Of a stretch of 48,366 nucleotides of DNA, positions 7,296-16,068 are shown one piece after another. Position 1 is the stretch's first letter; every line of letters begins with the position of its first letter. Below the pieces are notes generated by a model, which searched no databases, had not been told where the DNA came from, and saw nothing but the letters and a program-made list of their open reading frames with translations. Made by a program: the position numbers and the translations under genes. Source of the stretch: Eubacteriales bacterium (GTDB lineage: Bacteria > Bacillota > Clostridia > Oscillospirales > CAG-272); NCBI GenBank assembly GCA_045656385.1, contig JAZORB010000077.1, positions 1-48,366 of the forward strand. The letters run 5' to 3'.

Positions 7296-9089
7296 TTAAT
7301 TTATCTCTTTAAGCGTTGCCAAGCTGATAAGTCGCACGGCATTCATAAGATATATTTCGGGATCGTAATTCTTGATGACGTGCACGTTAACTTCATAAGG
7401 ATATTTGCTTGTTGGAGTAAACTTATTCATATTCGAGGATGTAACAACAAGTATCTTAGGCTTGACGGCGTCATAGAACTTTATTGTCGCATTTCTCGCG
7501 CGGTAGCTGTCGCGGTTGTGCGCGTGGTGAGGAGTTGTAACGATATCCGAATCGAGATATTCAGCGCCGTATCGGTCGACCATATCATCGAGAACGATAT
7601 TCGTCGAGTCGCCCGTAAGCATACAGGTATTGCCCTCGGGGGTGGTTAGTCTTACGACCGTGCTCATCGAGTTGCCGTCACCCGCGTCCTTTTCTGCATC
7701 GGCGCGTTCAAAACCGATAACAAGGGGAATAAAATCCGACATTGAAGCAAGTATCTCAAGATCCATACCGGGGAAACGGTAGATCTGTCCGGTCAAGCAT
7801 TTATAAATCGGAATATTACCGCCAAGATTCTTTATTGCATTTTCGGTATTCGTCATCTGCCCCGGGCTTATGCATTGAGTCTGCTTGGTAGTGTTGCAGA
7901 AATTATAGATAAAGGATTCGATCTTTACCGTTTTTGAATTCTTGTATCTTGCCACATAACTCTGGAATGCGCCCGTATGGTCGCCGTGGAAATGGGAGAA
8001 GACCCACGCGCGGATAGTAATGTTCTGCGGATCGGGAGCGTATTTCACGAGAGTTTCGTAGATGTGAGTTGCCTGATGAGCATTCTTGTTTCCGCCGTCA
8101 TAGACCATAAAAGTGCCATCCTCGAAGCGGATTATGCAGCCCTGAGCATCTCCCGATACCTTGCCCTCGTCGTTATAAGTCGAAAGAACAATGTATGCAG
8201 GTTCGCAGACCTTTTTATACTCGAGTGCATCAAGCGACGGAAGAAGAACGTCCTCGGCGATTATCACGCGCGTCTCTCCCGAATTTGAGCAATAGTAATA
8301 GTAGAGCATTTCGTCTTCCTTGGTATAAGTGGAATAGAAATTGCCGGCTATTTCGTTTTCGCTGTAAAGCGAATAGCCCTCTCCCGTGAGAACTTTCTCA
8401 TAGCCCTCGTACATTTCCGCGTTTGTATCGTAGATCGTTACCTGATAATAGCGGTCGCCGAGGGAAGAAAAATCCTCGATCATTCCACCGGGGTATCCGG
8501 GAACGTCTTTGAATTCGTAGTAGCTCTTACTGCTGCTTTCGCTTGTAAGCCAAAAAGTATCGGAAAGAACAAGCTTGCCATCTTCGGTCTTTTCTTCGAT
8601 CCACTCAGCAAACTTTTCAAAGGCATCCTTAAAGCCTTCGCGCTCGTGACCGGTGACGACTATCTTATTGCCGACGGCACAAGCCACTCCTGCACCATAA
8701 GGAATTGTGGAAACAGCAACGTCAAATTCATCAAAATCAACGAAGCTGAGAAGGATCTCTTTTACCGCGGGATCTGCCTTTTCTCCGCCGACGGTCTTTG
8801 ATCTTACAATCTCGGGCTTCACGCCGCATTTTTCTTCGATCATAGTTTGAAGCTTGCGAGCAGCATTGAATTCTTCATCGGTGTCATCGGAGGGATAAAC
8901 TATGCGGTACTCGCAAACTCCGGGGGCAAAGAGGACTATTCCATCGTCAAACGGCTGAGTCTCAGATGCGGTCGTTTCGGGAACAGACGAAGTCTCCTCG
9001 TGCATTCCACCGGTACAAGAGGTGAAAATGACAGAAGACAGAATTATAGCAAAAAAGATAATAAATATGCGTTTCACTGAAATTCTCAA
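7296..9089 (-). CDS. Secreted lipoprotein with a C-terminal metallo-beta-lactamase-fold (ComEC-like) domain
   Basis: It has a lipoprotein signal (KRIFIIFFAIILSSVIFTSC) and the MBL motif SHFHGDHTG. The start is uncertain: either TTG 9089, which overlaps the upstream TGA, or GTG 9077. Confidence 0.7.
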   Translation of the reverse strand: MRISVKRIFIIFFAIILSSVIFTSCTGGMHEETSSVPETTASETQPFDDGIVLFAPGVCEYRIVYPSDDTDEEFNAARKLQTMIEEKCGVKPEIVRSKTVGGEKADPAVKEILLSFVDFDEFDVAVSTIPYGAGVACAVGNKIVVTGHEREGFKDAFEKFAEWIEEKTEDGKLVLSDTFWLTSESSSKSYYEFKDVPGYPGGMIEDFSSLGDRYYQVTIYDTNAEMYEGYEKVLTGEGYSLYSENEIAGNFYSTYTKEDEMLYYYYCSNSGETRVIIAEDVLLPSLDALEYKKVCEPAYIVLSTYNDEGKVSGDAQGCIIRFEDGTFMVYDGGNKNAHQATHIYETLVKYAPDPQNITIRAWVFSHFHGDHTGAFQSYVARYKNSKTVKIESFIYNFCNTTKQTQCISPGQMTNTENAIKNLGGNIPIYKCLTGQIYRFPGMDLEILASMSDFIPLVIGFERADAEKDAGDGNSMSTVVRLTTPEGNTCMLTGDSTNIVLDDMVDRYGAEYLDSDIVTTPHHAHNRDSYRARNATIKFYDAVKPKILVVTSSNMNKFTPTSKYPYEVNVHVIKNYDPEIYLMNAVRLISLATLKEIN

Positions 9090-10378
9090 TTCATTTCTAC
9101 TTTATCAAAGGACATATCGATATCCTTCTTCGACCAACCGAGTCCGAGGTAATCGTTCTCCTCCCAAGCAGCTTTTGCCTTTTCGTAAGCTTCGGGGAGC
9201 GGCTTCCATGCTACGGCACGGGGCGGGTGATCGGCGGGATCGTCGCCTTCCTTGAGGAAGGGAGTCCAGTTATCGTTTTCGTATTTCTTGCGCTCTTCCT
9301 CGTCATCCCACTTGGGAACATCGAAGGGCTGACCGCCCGCAAGGACCGACTTCCATGCAAGAATTCCTATCGAAGACATTGCGCAAGCGCGATAAACATT
9401 AAGATAAGGCTGTTCGTTCTTGCGGATAGCTTCACCGAAATAATACTGTACCCAGAAATCTCCACCGCCGTGGCCTGCCTCGGAGGCGAGATCGCCATGC
9501 TCGGGCCATTCGGCTTCATAGGAACGGTAGGGCTCGAGATCCTTACCGTTGACTTCGGAATGGTAAACGACAATATTACCCGTCTGTCTTTCAACCTCTG
9601 CCGAGCCCTTTGTTCCGTAAAGACGGGCGATACCCGACTGAGTTCTGAACGCGCCCTGAAGTGTGCGGACAACGGCGCCGTTATCCATCTGGCAAACGAT
9701 AATTCCGCCCGAATCCTGCTGACGGTATTCAAACTCGCGGTAGCTCTGATCCTTGATCTGCGGCACAAAACCGTTTACGCGCACAGGCATTGTATCTGTG
9801 ATATGCATGATCTGCGCGATGGCATGCGTGCAATAATATGTAGACGGGATCTGGTTGCGCCAATGGTATTCACCGGGGGCATATTTATATGTCTTGGAGT
9901 TCGACATCGGGTGGCAATACTCCGCCTCTCCGTAAAGCATCTCGCCAAGCTCGCCCGAATCATAGACGCGCTTCAGCTCAAGGCGCTGCTTGGTGTAAGG
10001 ATAATTCTCTGCGATCATATATATTTTGCCGGTTTCCTCAACTGCGCGGCAAAGGGCAACGCCTTCGGCGAGAGTTGACATAGCAGTGCACTCGGAAAGA
10101 ACGTGCTTGCCCGCGCGCAGAGCCTTAATTGCAAATTCTGCGTGCTCGTTGAAATAGTTTGCAAGAATGACGGCGTCGATATCCGACTTAAGCATCTCAT
10201 CGTAATCTGTAAAGGTCATAAGAGTGCCGTCGGTGTCATACTGAGATTTGATAACCTCAAGGTTCTCGGGTCTGCGATCGCAAACAGCGGCAAGCTTCAG
10301 TCCCGTGCATTCCGCAGGTTTCATAAATGTCTTTCCTCTGCCGGTTCCGACAACGCCTATTCTGATTTTATTTTCCAT
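9086..10378 (-). CDS. Gfo/Idh/MocA-family NAD(P)-dependent oxidoreductase (430 aa)
   Basis: The N-terminal Rossmann motif is IRIGVVGTGRG. There is a long C-terminal alpha/beta domain and no signal peptide. AGGGGGA precedes the ATG. Confidence 0.8.
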   Translation of the reverse strand: MENKIRIGVVGTGRGKTFMKPAECTGLKLAAVCDRRPENLEVIKSQYDTDGTLMTFTDYDEMLKSDIDAVILANYFNEHAEFAIKALRAGKHVLSECTAMSTLAEGVALCRAVEETGKIYMIAENYPYTKQRLELKRVYDSGELGEMLYGEAEYCHPMSNSKTYKYAPGEYHWRNQIPSTYYCTHAIAQIMHITDTMPVRVNGFVPQIKDQSYREFEYRQQDSGGIIVCQMDNGAVVRTLQGAFRTQSGIARLYGTKGSAEVERQTGNIVVYHSEVNGKDLEPYRSYEAEWPEHGDLASEAGHGGGDFWVQYYFGEAIRKNEQPYLNVYRACAMSSIGILAWKSVLAGGQPFDVPKWDDEEERKKYENDNWTPFLKEGDDPADHPPRAVAWKPLPEAYEKAKAAWEENDYLGLGWSKKDIDMSFDKVEMN

Positions 10379-10400
10379 AAAAGAGATCCCCCTTTAAATA

Positions 10401-10424
10401 TTGTAATATATAATAATATTACAA
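10401..10424. promoter_or_regulatory. Perfect AT-rich palindrome, a possible operator
   Basis: TTGTAATAT-ataata-ATATTACAA forms 9-bp arms. It overlaps the -10 box of the promoter at 10416-10444. Confidence 0.3.
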
Positions 10425-10444
10425 CATTTTAGGGAGATTGTCAA
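10416..10444 (-). promoter_or_regulatory. Candidate promoter for the Gfo / MBL-lipoprotein operon
   Basis: On the minus strand, TTGACA (10444-10439), a 17-nt spacer, then TAATAT (10421-10416). Confidence 0.5.
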
Positions 10445-10452
10445 GTATTTTT

Positions 10453-10896
10453 TTAAAAGAGCGAGCAGATCCAGTAAATAACGCCGTAAAGAGTGCCCGC
10501 GGCGGTGCCATAAAGGAGCACGGGACCCGCGACGGTGAATATACCCGCGCCGAGGCCGAGAACGAAGCCCTCGTTCTTGGAATCTATCGCGGCGGAAACG
10601 ATCGAGTTTGCAAAGCCCGTGATCGGTACGAGCGTGCCCGCGCCCGCGACCTTTGCGATATTGTCGAAGATGCCTATCGCGGTCAATAACGCCGATGCTC
10701 CGACGAGGATCACCGAGGTCAGGAGCCCCGCATCATCCTTTACCATTCCAAGGCTTTTCCAAAGTGTTGTGAGCCCTTGCGCGACGGCGCAGATAAGCCC
10801 TCCGATAAAAAATGCGCGTGCGGTATCCGCCATAAGATGCGATTTCGGCGCATGGGCATCGGCGAATTTTGAGTATTCCTTCTTTCCGATATTCAT
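10453..10896 (-). CDS. spoVAC: Stage V sporulation protein AC
   Basis: About 147 aa and multi-pass. Segments FFIGGLICAVAQ and LVPITGFANSIVSAAID are typical of SpoVAC. I place the start at ATG 10896 after AAAGGAG, because the track start 10917 is a TTG. Confidence 0.8.
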   Translation of the reverse strand: MNIGKKEYSKFADAHAPKSHLMADTARAFFIGGLICAVAQGLTTLWKSLGMVKDDAGLLTSVILVGASALLTAIGIFDNIAKVAGAGTLVPITGFANSIVSAAIDSKNEGFVLGLGAGIFTVAGPVLLYGTAAGTLYGVIYWICSLF

Positions 10897-10981
10897 TTTT
10901 ACTCCTTTTTTGTTCAAAGGTATTTACAAGAGACGAAAAATAGGTTATAATTATAATAATGTATGATTGGGGGATAACGAT

Positions 10982-11314
10982 ATGTCAAATTCTTGGAACG
11001 AATTCTGCGACGGCGCGGGAAGATTTTTCGATAAGCTTTCTTCCGAGGCTGTAAGGCTGACCGACGCAGCAGGAATGCAGATAAAGCTTGAAAACGTAAA
11101 AAACAGACTTGAAAAGGAATATGCCGTTCTTGGCAAGCTGACCTACGCAAAGCTGAATGGCGGAAGCGACAATGCCGAGCAGATCGAGGCTTCTCTTTCG
11201 CGAATCGCGGAGCTCCGCAAAACCGAAAAAGAGATCGAGCGCGACATAAAGGAAGCAAAAGCAGAAAAAGACGCGCAGAAAGAAGCTGACAAAGCAGCGA
11301 AAGAAGCTAAATAA
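10982..11314 (+). CDS. Small coiled-coil protein with a Lys/Glu/Ala-rich tail, function unknown
   Basis: ATG 10982 is preceded by GGGGGA; the track start 10967 is a TTG. The protein is 110 aa with no recognisable motif. Confidence 0.55.
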   Translation: MSNSWNEFCDGAGRFFDKLSSEAVRLTDAAGMQIKLENVKNRLEKEYAVLGKLTYAKLNGGSDNAEQIEASLSRIAELRKTEKEIERDIKEAKAEKDAQKEADKAAKEAK

Positions 11315-11318
11315 TATT

Positions 11319-11351
11319 ATATTCCTCGGACGGAAAAAGTCCGAGGAATAT
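11319..11351. terminator. Bidirectional terminator between convergent genes
   Basis: A 13-bp stem, atattcctcggac pairing with gtccgaggaatat, has loop ggaaaaa. Confidence 0.75.
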
Positions 11352-11355
11352 TGTT

Positions 11356-11808
11356 TTAAAGATAGGTCTTGAACTTCTCGACTGCGTTTTCTTCAAATGC
11401 GAGGGCATCCTTTGCAAGCGAAAGTGCTTCGCCCGAGATGCCTACGTCCTCAGCTTCGCCGATATCGCGGTAAAGCTCGGTGACACCCATTGTGAGTCCC
11501 TGGATCATCATCTCTGCAAGATGCTCGCTTGTCGAATCGGTGGCGGTGTTCATCACCATACCGATCTTTGCGCCGGCTTTGGTAAACATATTTTCTTCCT
11601 TGGGTGTGATGCCCGCCTCGATCATCAGCTTCGAGACGCGCGAAGCAAGACCTTCAAAGCCGTCGATGGTCTTGGTCATCTCGGCGCGGAGATCGGGATC
11701 CCTCACTCTGCCGAGAATATCCGTGGTCGAAGATGTTCCCATTTTGAGATTTTTATAAAGATCGTCAAGAAGCACGGCTCTTGTGATCTTGGTTTTAACC
11801 TGAGGCAT
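11356..11808 (-). CDS. Hypothetical protein, predicted to be all-helical
   Basis: 150 aa. It has a good SD (AAAGGAG) and codon usage like its neighbours. I do not recognise the family. Confidence 0.55.
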   Translation of the reverse strand: MPQVKTKITRAVLLDDLYKNLKMGTSSTTDILGRVRDPDLRAEMTKTIDGFEGLASRVSKLMIEAGITPKEENMFTKAGAKIGMVMNTATDSTSEHLAEMMIQGLTMGVTELYRDIGEAEDVGISGEALSLAKDALAFEENAVEKFKTYL

Positions 11809-11887
11809 TTTTGCGCTCCTTTGAATTTTGATTAAACTCTGCGGTCAATCTTTATTGTTACCAGAGACGCAAAAAATATGCGAAATA

Positions 11888-11914
11888 AAAAAACTGCCAA
11901 AATGGCAGTTTTTT
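11888..11914 (-). terminator. Terminator of the galU...dnaI operon
   Basis: Stem (a)aaaaactgcc pairs with ggcagtttttt with loop aaaat. On the minus strand a U-tract follows. It lies 3 nt after the dnaI-like stop. Confidence 0.6.
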
Positions 11915-11916
11915 AT

Positions 11917-12885
11917 TTATTCGGTCAATTTCAGCTTTCTCACATCACTTCCGCTAAAGAGGAGCGGGCGGAATTCACCGAGGATACGGCTGGTGATTCT
12001 ATCCCAATAGCGAGAATTGAGTTCGTTCTGATTGAGATTTGTGCTTATCACGGTGGGAAGGCCCGTCGAGATACGGCTGTTGAGCACGTTATAGATGGTG
12101 CTTACCGTAAACTGATTCGAAACCTCGGCGCCGAGATCGTCGATAATGAGCAGATCGCAGACATAGTAGCGGTCAAGATCGTATCCGCTTTCGTTGCCCG
12201 CGGAATTGCCGAAACGGCTCTTCTCAAAATCGGCAAGCATACCGATCGCGCCCGTATAAACAACGTCAAAACCGCGGTCGACAAGTGCTCTTGTCAGCGA
12301 GGTCGAAAGATGCGTTTTTCCAAGTCCCGTACCGCCGAGAAGCAAGAGATTCTGCGCGCTGTCGGGATCGAAATTCGCGGCGTATTCCTTCATTGTTTTG
12401 AGGACATAGCTCATATTCTCGTATGAACGCGGATTGGTTCTGTAATAATCAAGGCGGAAATTATCGAAAGTCTGCTCTTCCATCAGCTTTGCAATACCCG
12501 CGCTCTCATATCCTGCCATACGCAGGCGAAGCTTCATGCACTCGCACATCTCGCCGTCAACGTAGCCCGAATCACGGCAGAGGTCGCATTCGTATTGGGG
12601 ATCCGAATAGTCTGCAGGATAACCGTAGGTTGCAAGCAGGAGATTTCGCTCGTAGTTGAGTCTTTCGACATCGGATCTTACCTTCTCGAAGGACTCACTG
12701 CCCTTTCCGAGAACGGCATTGAGAAGTCTGGGACCCGTATCCGAAAGCGCGCGGTCAAGCGCGCGAAGACCGTCAATTTTGCTCCAAAGCTCGCGGCGGC
12801 GCGCATCGGCCTCATATTCAGCCCTTTTATATTTCTCTTTATATTCGTCGCGTATACGGCGGAAATTATCTATATTATATCCCAT
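11917..12885 (-). CDS. DnaI/DnaC-type replicative helicase loader
   Basis: Motifs: Walker A LLGGTGLGKTHL, Walker B LLIIDDLG and an N-terminal Cys cluster CDLCRDSGYVDGEMCEC. Confidence 0.8.
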   Translation of the reverse strand: MGYNIDNFRRIRDEYKEKYKRAEYEADARRRELWSKIDGLRALDRALSDTGPRLLNAVLGKGSESFEKVRSDVERLNYERNLLLATYGYPADYSDPQYECDLCRDSGYVDGEMCECMKLRLRMAGYESAGIAKLMEEQTFDNFRLDYYRTNPRSYENMSYVLKTMKEYAANFDPDSAQNLLLLGGTGLGKTHLSTSLTRALVDRGFDVVYTGAIGMLADFEKSRFGNSAGNESGYDLDRYYVCDLLIIDDLGAEVSNQFTVSTIYNVLNSRISTGLPTVISTNLNQNELNSRYWDRITSRILGEFRPLLFSGSDVRKLKLTE

Positions 12886-12897
12886 TTTTGCGCCTCT

Positions 12898-13920
12898 TTA
12901 CTTTCTTTTCTTTTGTGCGGGGGCGGTTTTTGCGATCTCGGGAGCCGTGCCCGAGCCTTCATAGCTGCGGCGGAGTGCTGCCTCAAAGAAATCGGTCGAA
13001 TCGAAGCTCTTGCCCGCGGCGGGCTCGCCCTTCGCCTCTGCCTCAGCAGCCATCTGTGCGCGAACCTCTTCTTCGGTCTTAAGACCGCTTGCGTTCCAGC
13101 TTTCAAGAATGGCGTTGGCATAGTTAAGAGACGGCTCGTTGATCTTGTCGATCGTTATTTCGTACGCGATCTTGATGACATCGATGCCAAATCCCATCGT
13201 CTGCGTCCAGGAGTCGATAAACTTCTTCTCTCTCGTTGTCAGCGCGCGGCTCATATTCATGCCGAAAAGCGAACGGATCTGCACTTCAAGCTCGTGCTTC
13301 TCCTGCGCCTTGCGCAGATGCTCCTCGAGAGTTTCCTTATCAGTGATACCGTCGTCATAAAGAGAGATGGCGGTAGTTTCAAGATAACGCACAGAATTTT
13401 TGCCGATCTGCGCGCAGTATCTACAGAGAGCGGTTATGTAATCGGGTGAGAAACCAAGATAATCGCGCAGGGCAACGATTTTTGCAATCTCTCCGACACG
13501 GAGCATTTTGCCGAGGGCGCGCTCGCATTCGTCGATCATAAGCGCAACCTCGCGGTCGTTTTCGACCATGCCAGCGATTTCCAAGCTTGAATAATTCGGA
13601 AGCGTTCCGAGATCCTCGCGCTTGCCGGCCTTCTTGGGCTTTTCTGCAGTTTTTTCTTCCTTTACGGGTGCTTCTTCCTGCTCAAAGGAAAGAATTCCCG
13701 CGCCGCGCCAAAAGGCGATAGCCTTTTCAACAGCATCCTCGCTGACCGAGCATTTCTCGGCAAGCGCAGAAACGTCGGCTGACATATCAGAAAGAAGCGT
13801 GATCAGAACTATAATATCCGTCTTCTTTGCCGAGGAAAGCGCGGAATTAACAGCTTCGGGCAGAACTATGACACCTTGTCCATAGTTCACGCAAAGCTTT
13901 TTATTTTCTTTTGTTTTCAT
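12898..13920 (-). CDS. DnaD-domain replication initiation/restart protein
   Basis: 340 aa. It has a winged-helix-like N-terminus, an acidic/lysine linker and a DnaD-like repeat (FIDSWTQTMGFGIDVIKIAYE). It sits directly upstream of the helicase loader. Confidence 0.7.
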   Translation of the reverse strand: MKTKENKKLCVNYGQGVIVLPEAVNSALSSAKKTDIIVLITLLSDMSADVSALAEKCSVSEDAVEKAIAFWRGAGILSFEQEEAPVKEEKTAEKPKKAGKREDLGTLPNYSSLEIAGMVENDREVALMIDECERALGKMLRVGEIAKIVALRDYLGFSPDYITALCRYCAQIGKNSVRYLETTAISLYDDGITDKETLEEHLRKAQEKHELEVQIRSLFGMNMSRALTTREKKFIDSWTQTMGFGIDVIKIAYEITIDKINEPSLNYANAILESWNASGLKTEEEVRAQMAAEAEAKGEPAAGKSFDSTDFFEAALRRSYEGSGTAPEIAKTAPAQKKRK

Positions 13921-13932
13921 AAGTATTCTCCA

Positions 13933-14958
13933 TCAATCGTCGGATGCCGAGGCGTTAAGATAGGTATCGGCAACTCTGCCTGCCTTCAGCTCGTAATATC
14001 CCTGCGCCGCGACCATAACTCCGTTATCTCCGCAAAGCGAAATGGGAGGCAGGATCAGCTCTGCACCCGCTTTTTCACAAGCCTTACCGACAGCGGCGCG
14101 GAGATGCGAATTTGCCGCAACGCCGCCCGACATAACGAGCTGCTTTGCACCCGACATCTTAATTGCCTGCGGAATCTTCTTTGCGACTGCGGAGCAAACG
14201 GTGTCGGTATAGAGTGCCGCGAATGCGGGACGATCGACCTCGACCTTTTGCTGTGCGAGCTTATTGAGATAATTCAGCGCAGCTGTTTTGAGTCCGCTGA
14301 AGGAAAAATCGAGATTATCGCCCGAAAGCGCGGGGCTGGGGAGCTTGAGATCGAGCTTTCTGCCGCAAGCAATGCCCTCGTGTGCGAGCCTATCCATGGC
14401 AGCACCCGCGGGATACTGCAAGCCGATGACTCTGCCGATCTTGTCAAAAGCCTCGCCTGCCGCGTCATCGCGCGTGCCGCCGAGCTCGACATATTCGGTA
14501 TAGGATTTTACAAGATAAAACGAAGTGTGTCCGCCGGAAACGACAAGCGAAAGATAGGGCGGCTTCGGGGGTGTTTCGGTCAAATATGACGCCGCGGTGT
14601 GGGCGTGGATATGGTTGACCGAGATCAGCGGAAGCTTATTTGCAAAAGCAAAAGCCTTGGCGAAATTCACGCCTACAAGAAGCGCGCCTATAAGTCCCGG
14701 ATGGGTGGTGACCGCAACGCCGTCAAGATCGGATATTTCAACGTTCGCCTCGGAAAGCGCACGTTCTACTACATTCGAAATAGCCTCGATATGCGCGCGT
14801 CCCGCAATTTCGGGAACTACGCCGCCGTAAAGGCGATGGGTCTCTATCTGCGATGCAACGATATTAGAAAGCGCAACAAGTTTGCCGCCCTCGCCCACGT
14901 CACCGACAACAGCGGCGCTGGTTTCGTCGCAAGAGGTTTCAATTCCAAGAATCAACAT
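13933..14958 (-). CDS. tsaD: tRNA N6-adenosine threonylcarbamoyltransferase
   Basis: Motifs LILGIETSCDETSAAVV, HIEAISN, VSGGHTS and SGGVAANS are present. 341 aa. Confidence 0.95.
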   Translation of the reverse strand: MLILGIETSCDETSAAVVGDVGEGGKLVALSNIVASQIETHRLYGGVVPEIAGRAHIEAISNVVERALSEANVEISDLDGVAVTTHPGLIGALLVGVNFAKAFAFANKLPLISVNHIHAHTAASYLTETPPKPPYLSLVVSGGHTSFYLVKSYTEYVELGGTRDDAAGEAFDKIGRVIGLQYPAGAAMDRLAHEGIACGRKLDLKLPSPALSGDNLDFSFSGLKTAALNYLNKLAQQKVEVDRPAFAALYTDTVCSAVAKKIPQAIKMSGAKQLVMSGGVAANSHLRAAVGKACEKAGAELILPPISLCGDNGVMVAAQGYYELKAGRVADTYLNASASDD

Positions 14959-14967
14959 TTAATTGCC

Positions 14968-15414
14968 TCAATCAAAAGTTTTTAACATAACTGCCGCGTC
15001 CTCGGTTGGGAAGCGGTAATAATTTTTACGCACGCCGACCGTGCGAAAGCCCTTGCGCTCATAAAGAGAGCGGGCAGGTGTATTTGACACGCGGACCTCG
15101 AGAAAGATGCTATCCACGCCCTTGGAAGAAAGGAACTCTTCAAGCGCGTCAATAACCGCCAATGCACAGCCGCGTCGGCGAAAATCGGGGTGAGTCGCGA
15201 TATTGACGATATTTGCCTCGGGCGGAACAAATTCGCAACCGCCGTATGCCGCAAGTCTGCCGTCGATCATGACCGCTACGGCATGAGTGTTCGGCGACTT
15301 GCACATATAGAGAAGAGCTTCGGGGCTCCAGGGCTCGGAAAAACAAAGTTTTTCAATCTCTGCCGCCTCGGGGAGCATTTCGGGAGAAAGCTCTCTCACC
15401 TCAAGATCATTCAT
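14968..15414 (-). CDS. rimI: Ribosomal-protein-alanine N-acetyltransferase
   Basis: A 148-aa GNAT with acetyl-CoA motif RRRGCALAVIDALEEF. It lies immediately upstream of tsaD. Confidence 0.75.
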   Translation of the reverse strand: MNDLEVRELSPEMLPEAAEIEKLCFSEPWSPEALLYMCKSPNTHAVAVMIDGRLAAYGGCEFVPPEANIVNIATHPDFRRRGCALAVIDALEEFLSSKGVDSIFLEVRVSNTPARSLYERKGFRTVGVRKNYYRFPTEDAAVMLKTFD

Positions 15415-16055
15415 TATCCGTCGTATTCCTCGAGATCGTAAAGCTCATATTCAGCGAAAAGATCGCCCATGTCTATGTATCTGCCAGTCATTCTGTCGTG
15501 AACGTAGGTGCCGTCAACATCGGCAACAAGCACAAGGCTATAATAGAACTCGGGGTACTTTTCGGAGGTGAACTTAATAGAATAGTTGGAGGTTTCCATA
15601 ACAGTGGAATAGGAAGGAGTCGCGGGATCGAGATATCTTGCAACTATCTTATCGATGAATTCCTGATCAGTGATCTCGTAAATCGAATAGGGGATCGCCG
15701 CCTCGATGCAGAGGAATGCTCCTTTTGCCTCAAAGCCGCCGAGCTCGGGGAGCTCCTCTCCTGTTGCGCAAAGAACCTCGCCGAGGGTGGGGCAATAGAG
15801 CCACTCCTCTTCCTTGAGTCCGTTGATGGCATAATAGTCGACTGTAATCTTGTTATACTTCCACTTAGTGTAAGCCTCTTTCGCATACTCGATGGGCTGA
15901 TATGCGGGGTTGAGAACATAGGAATATGAAATTCCCGTCTTCTTATTTGTAAGTCCGCCACCCGTCATTACCATTCTGTTCGAGCAAGAGGTAAGCGACA
16001 GACACAGACAAACGAGAGCTAACGAAAAACAGATGATTCTTCTAAAAATTTTCAT
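15414..16055 (-). CDS. Lipoprotein of unknown function
   Basis: It has the signal peptide and lipobox LCLSLTSCSN and an SD GGAGGA. Its stop overlaps the rimI start as TAATG. Confidence 0.65.
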   Translation of the reverse strand: MKIFRRIICFSLALVCLCLSLTSCSNRMVMTGGGLTNKKTGISYSYVLNPAYQPIEYAKEAYTKWKYNKITVDYYAINGLKEEEWLYCPTLGEVLCATGEELPELGGFEAKGAFLCIEAAIPYSIYEITDQEFIDKIVARYLDPATPSYSTVMETSNYSIKFTSEKYPEFYYSLVLVADVDGTYVHDRMTGRYIDMGDLFAEYELYDLEEYDG

Positions 16056-16068
16056 TTCTTCCTCCGTA

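Noticed and set aside
11809-11883. A possible sigma-E-like promoter (GCATATT-13/14-TAACAAT) upstream of the 150-aa hypothetical gene.
   Set aside because: Only about 5 of 8 positions match in the -10 region. That is too weak to report without expression data.
11917-13920. The DnaD-domain and DnaC/DnaI-like pair as a prophage replication module.
   Set aside because: The pair is embedded in a housekeeping operon (galU through tsaD) with short gaps and a single downstream terminator. No phage structural, integrase or repressor genes are nearby.
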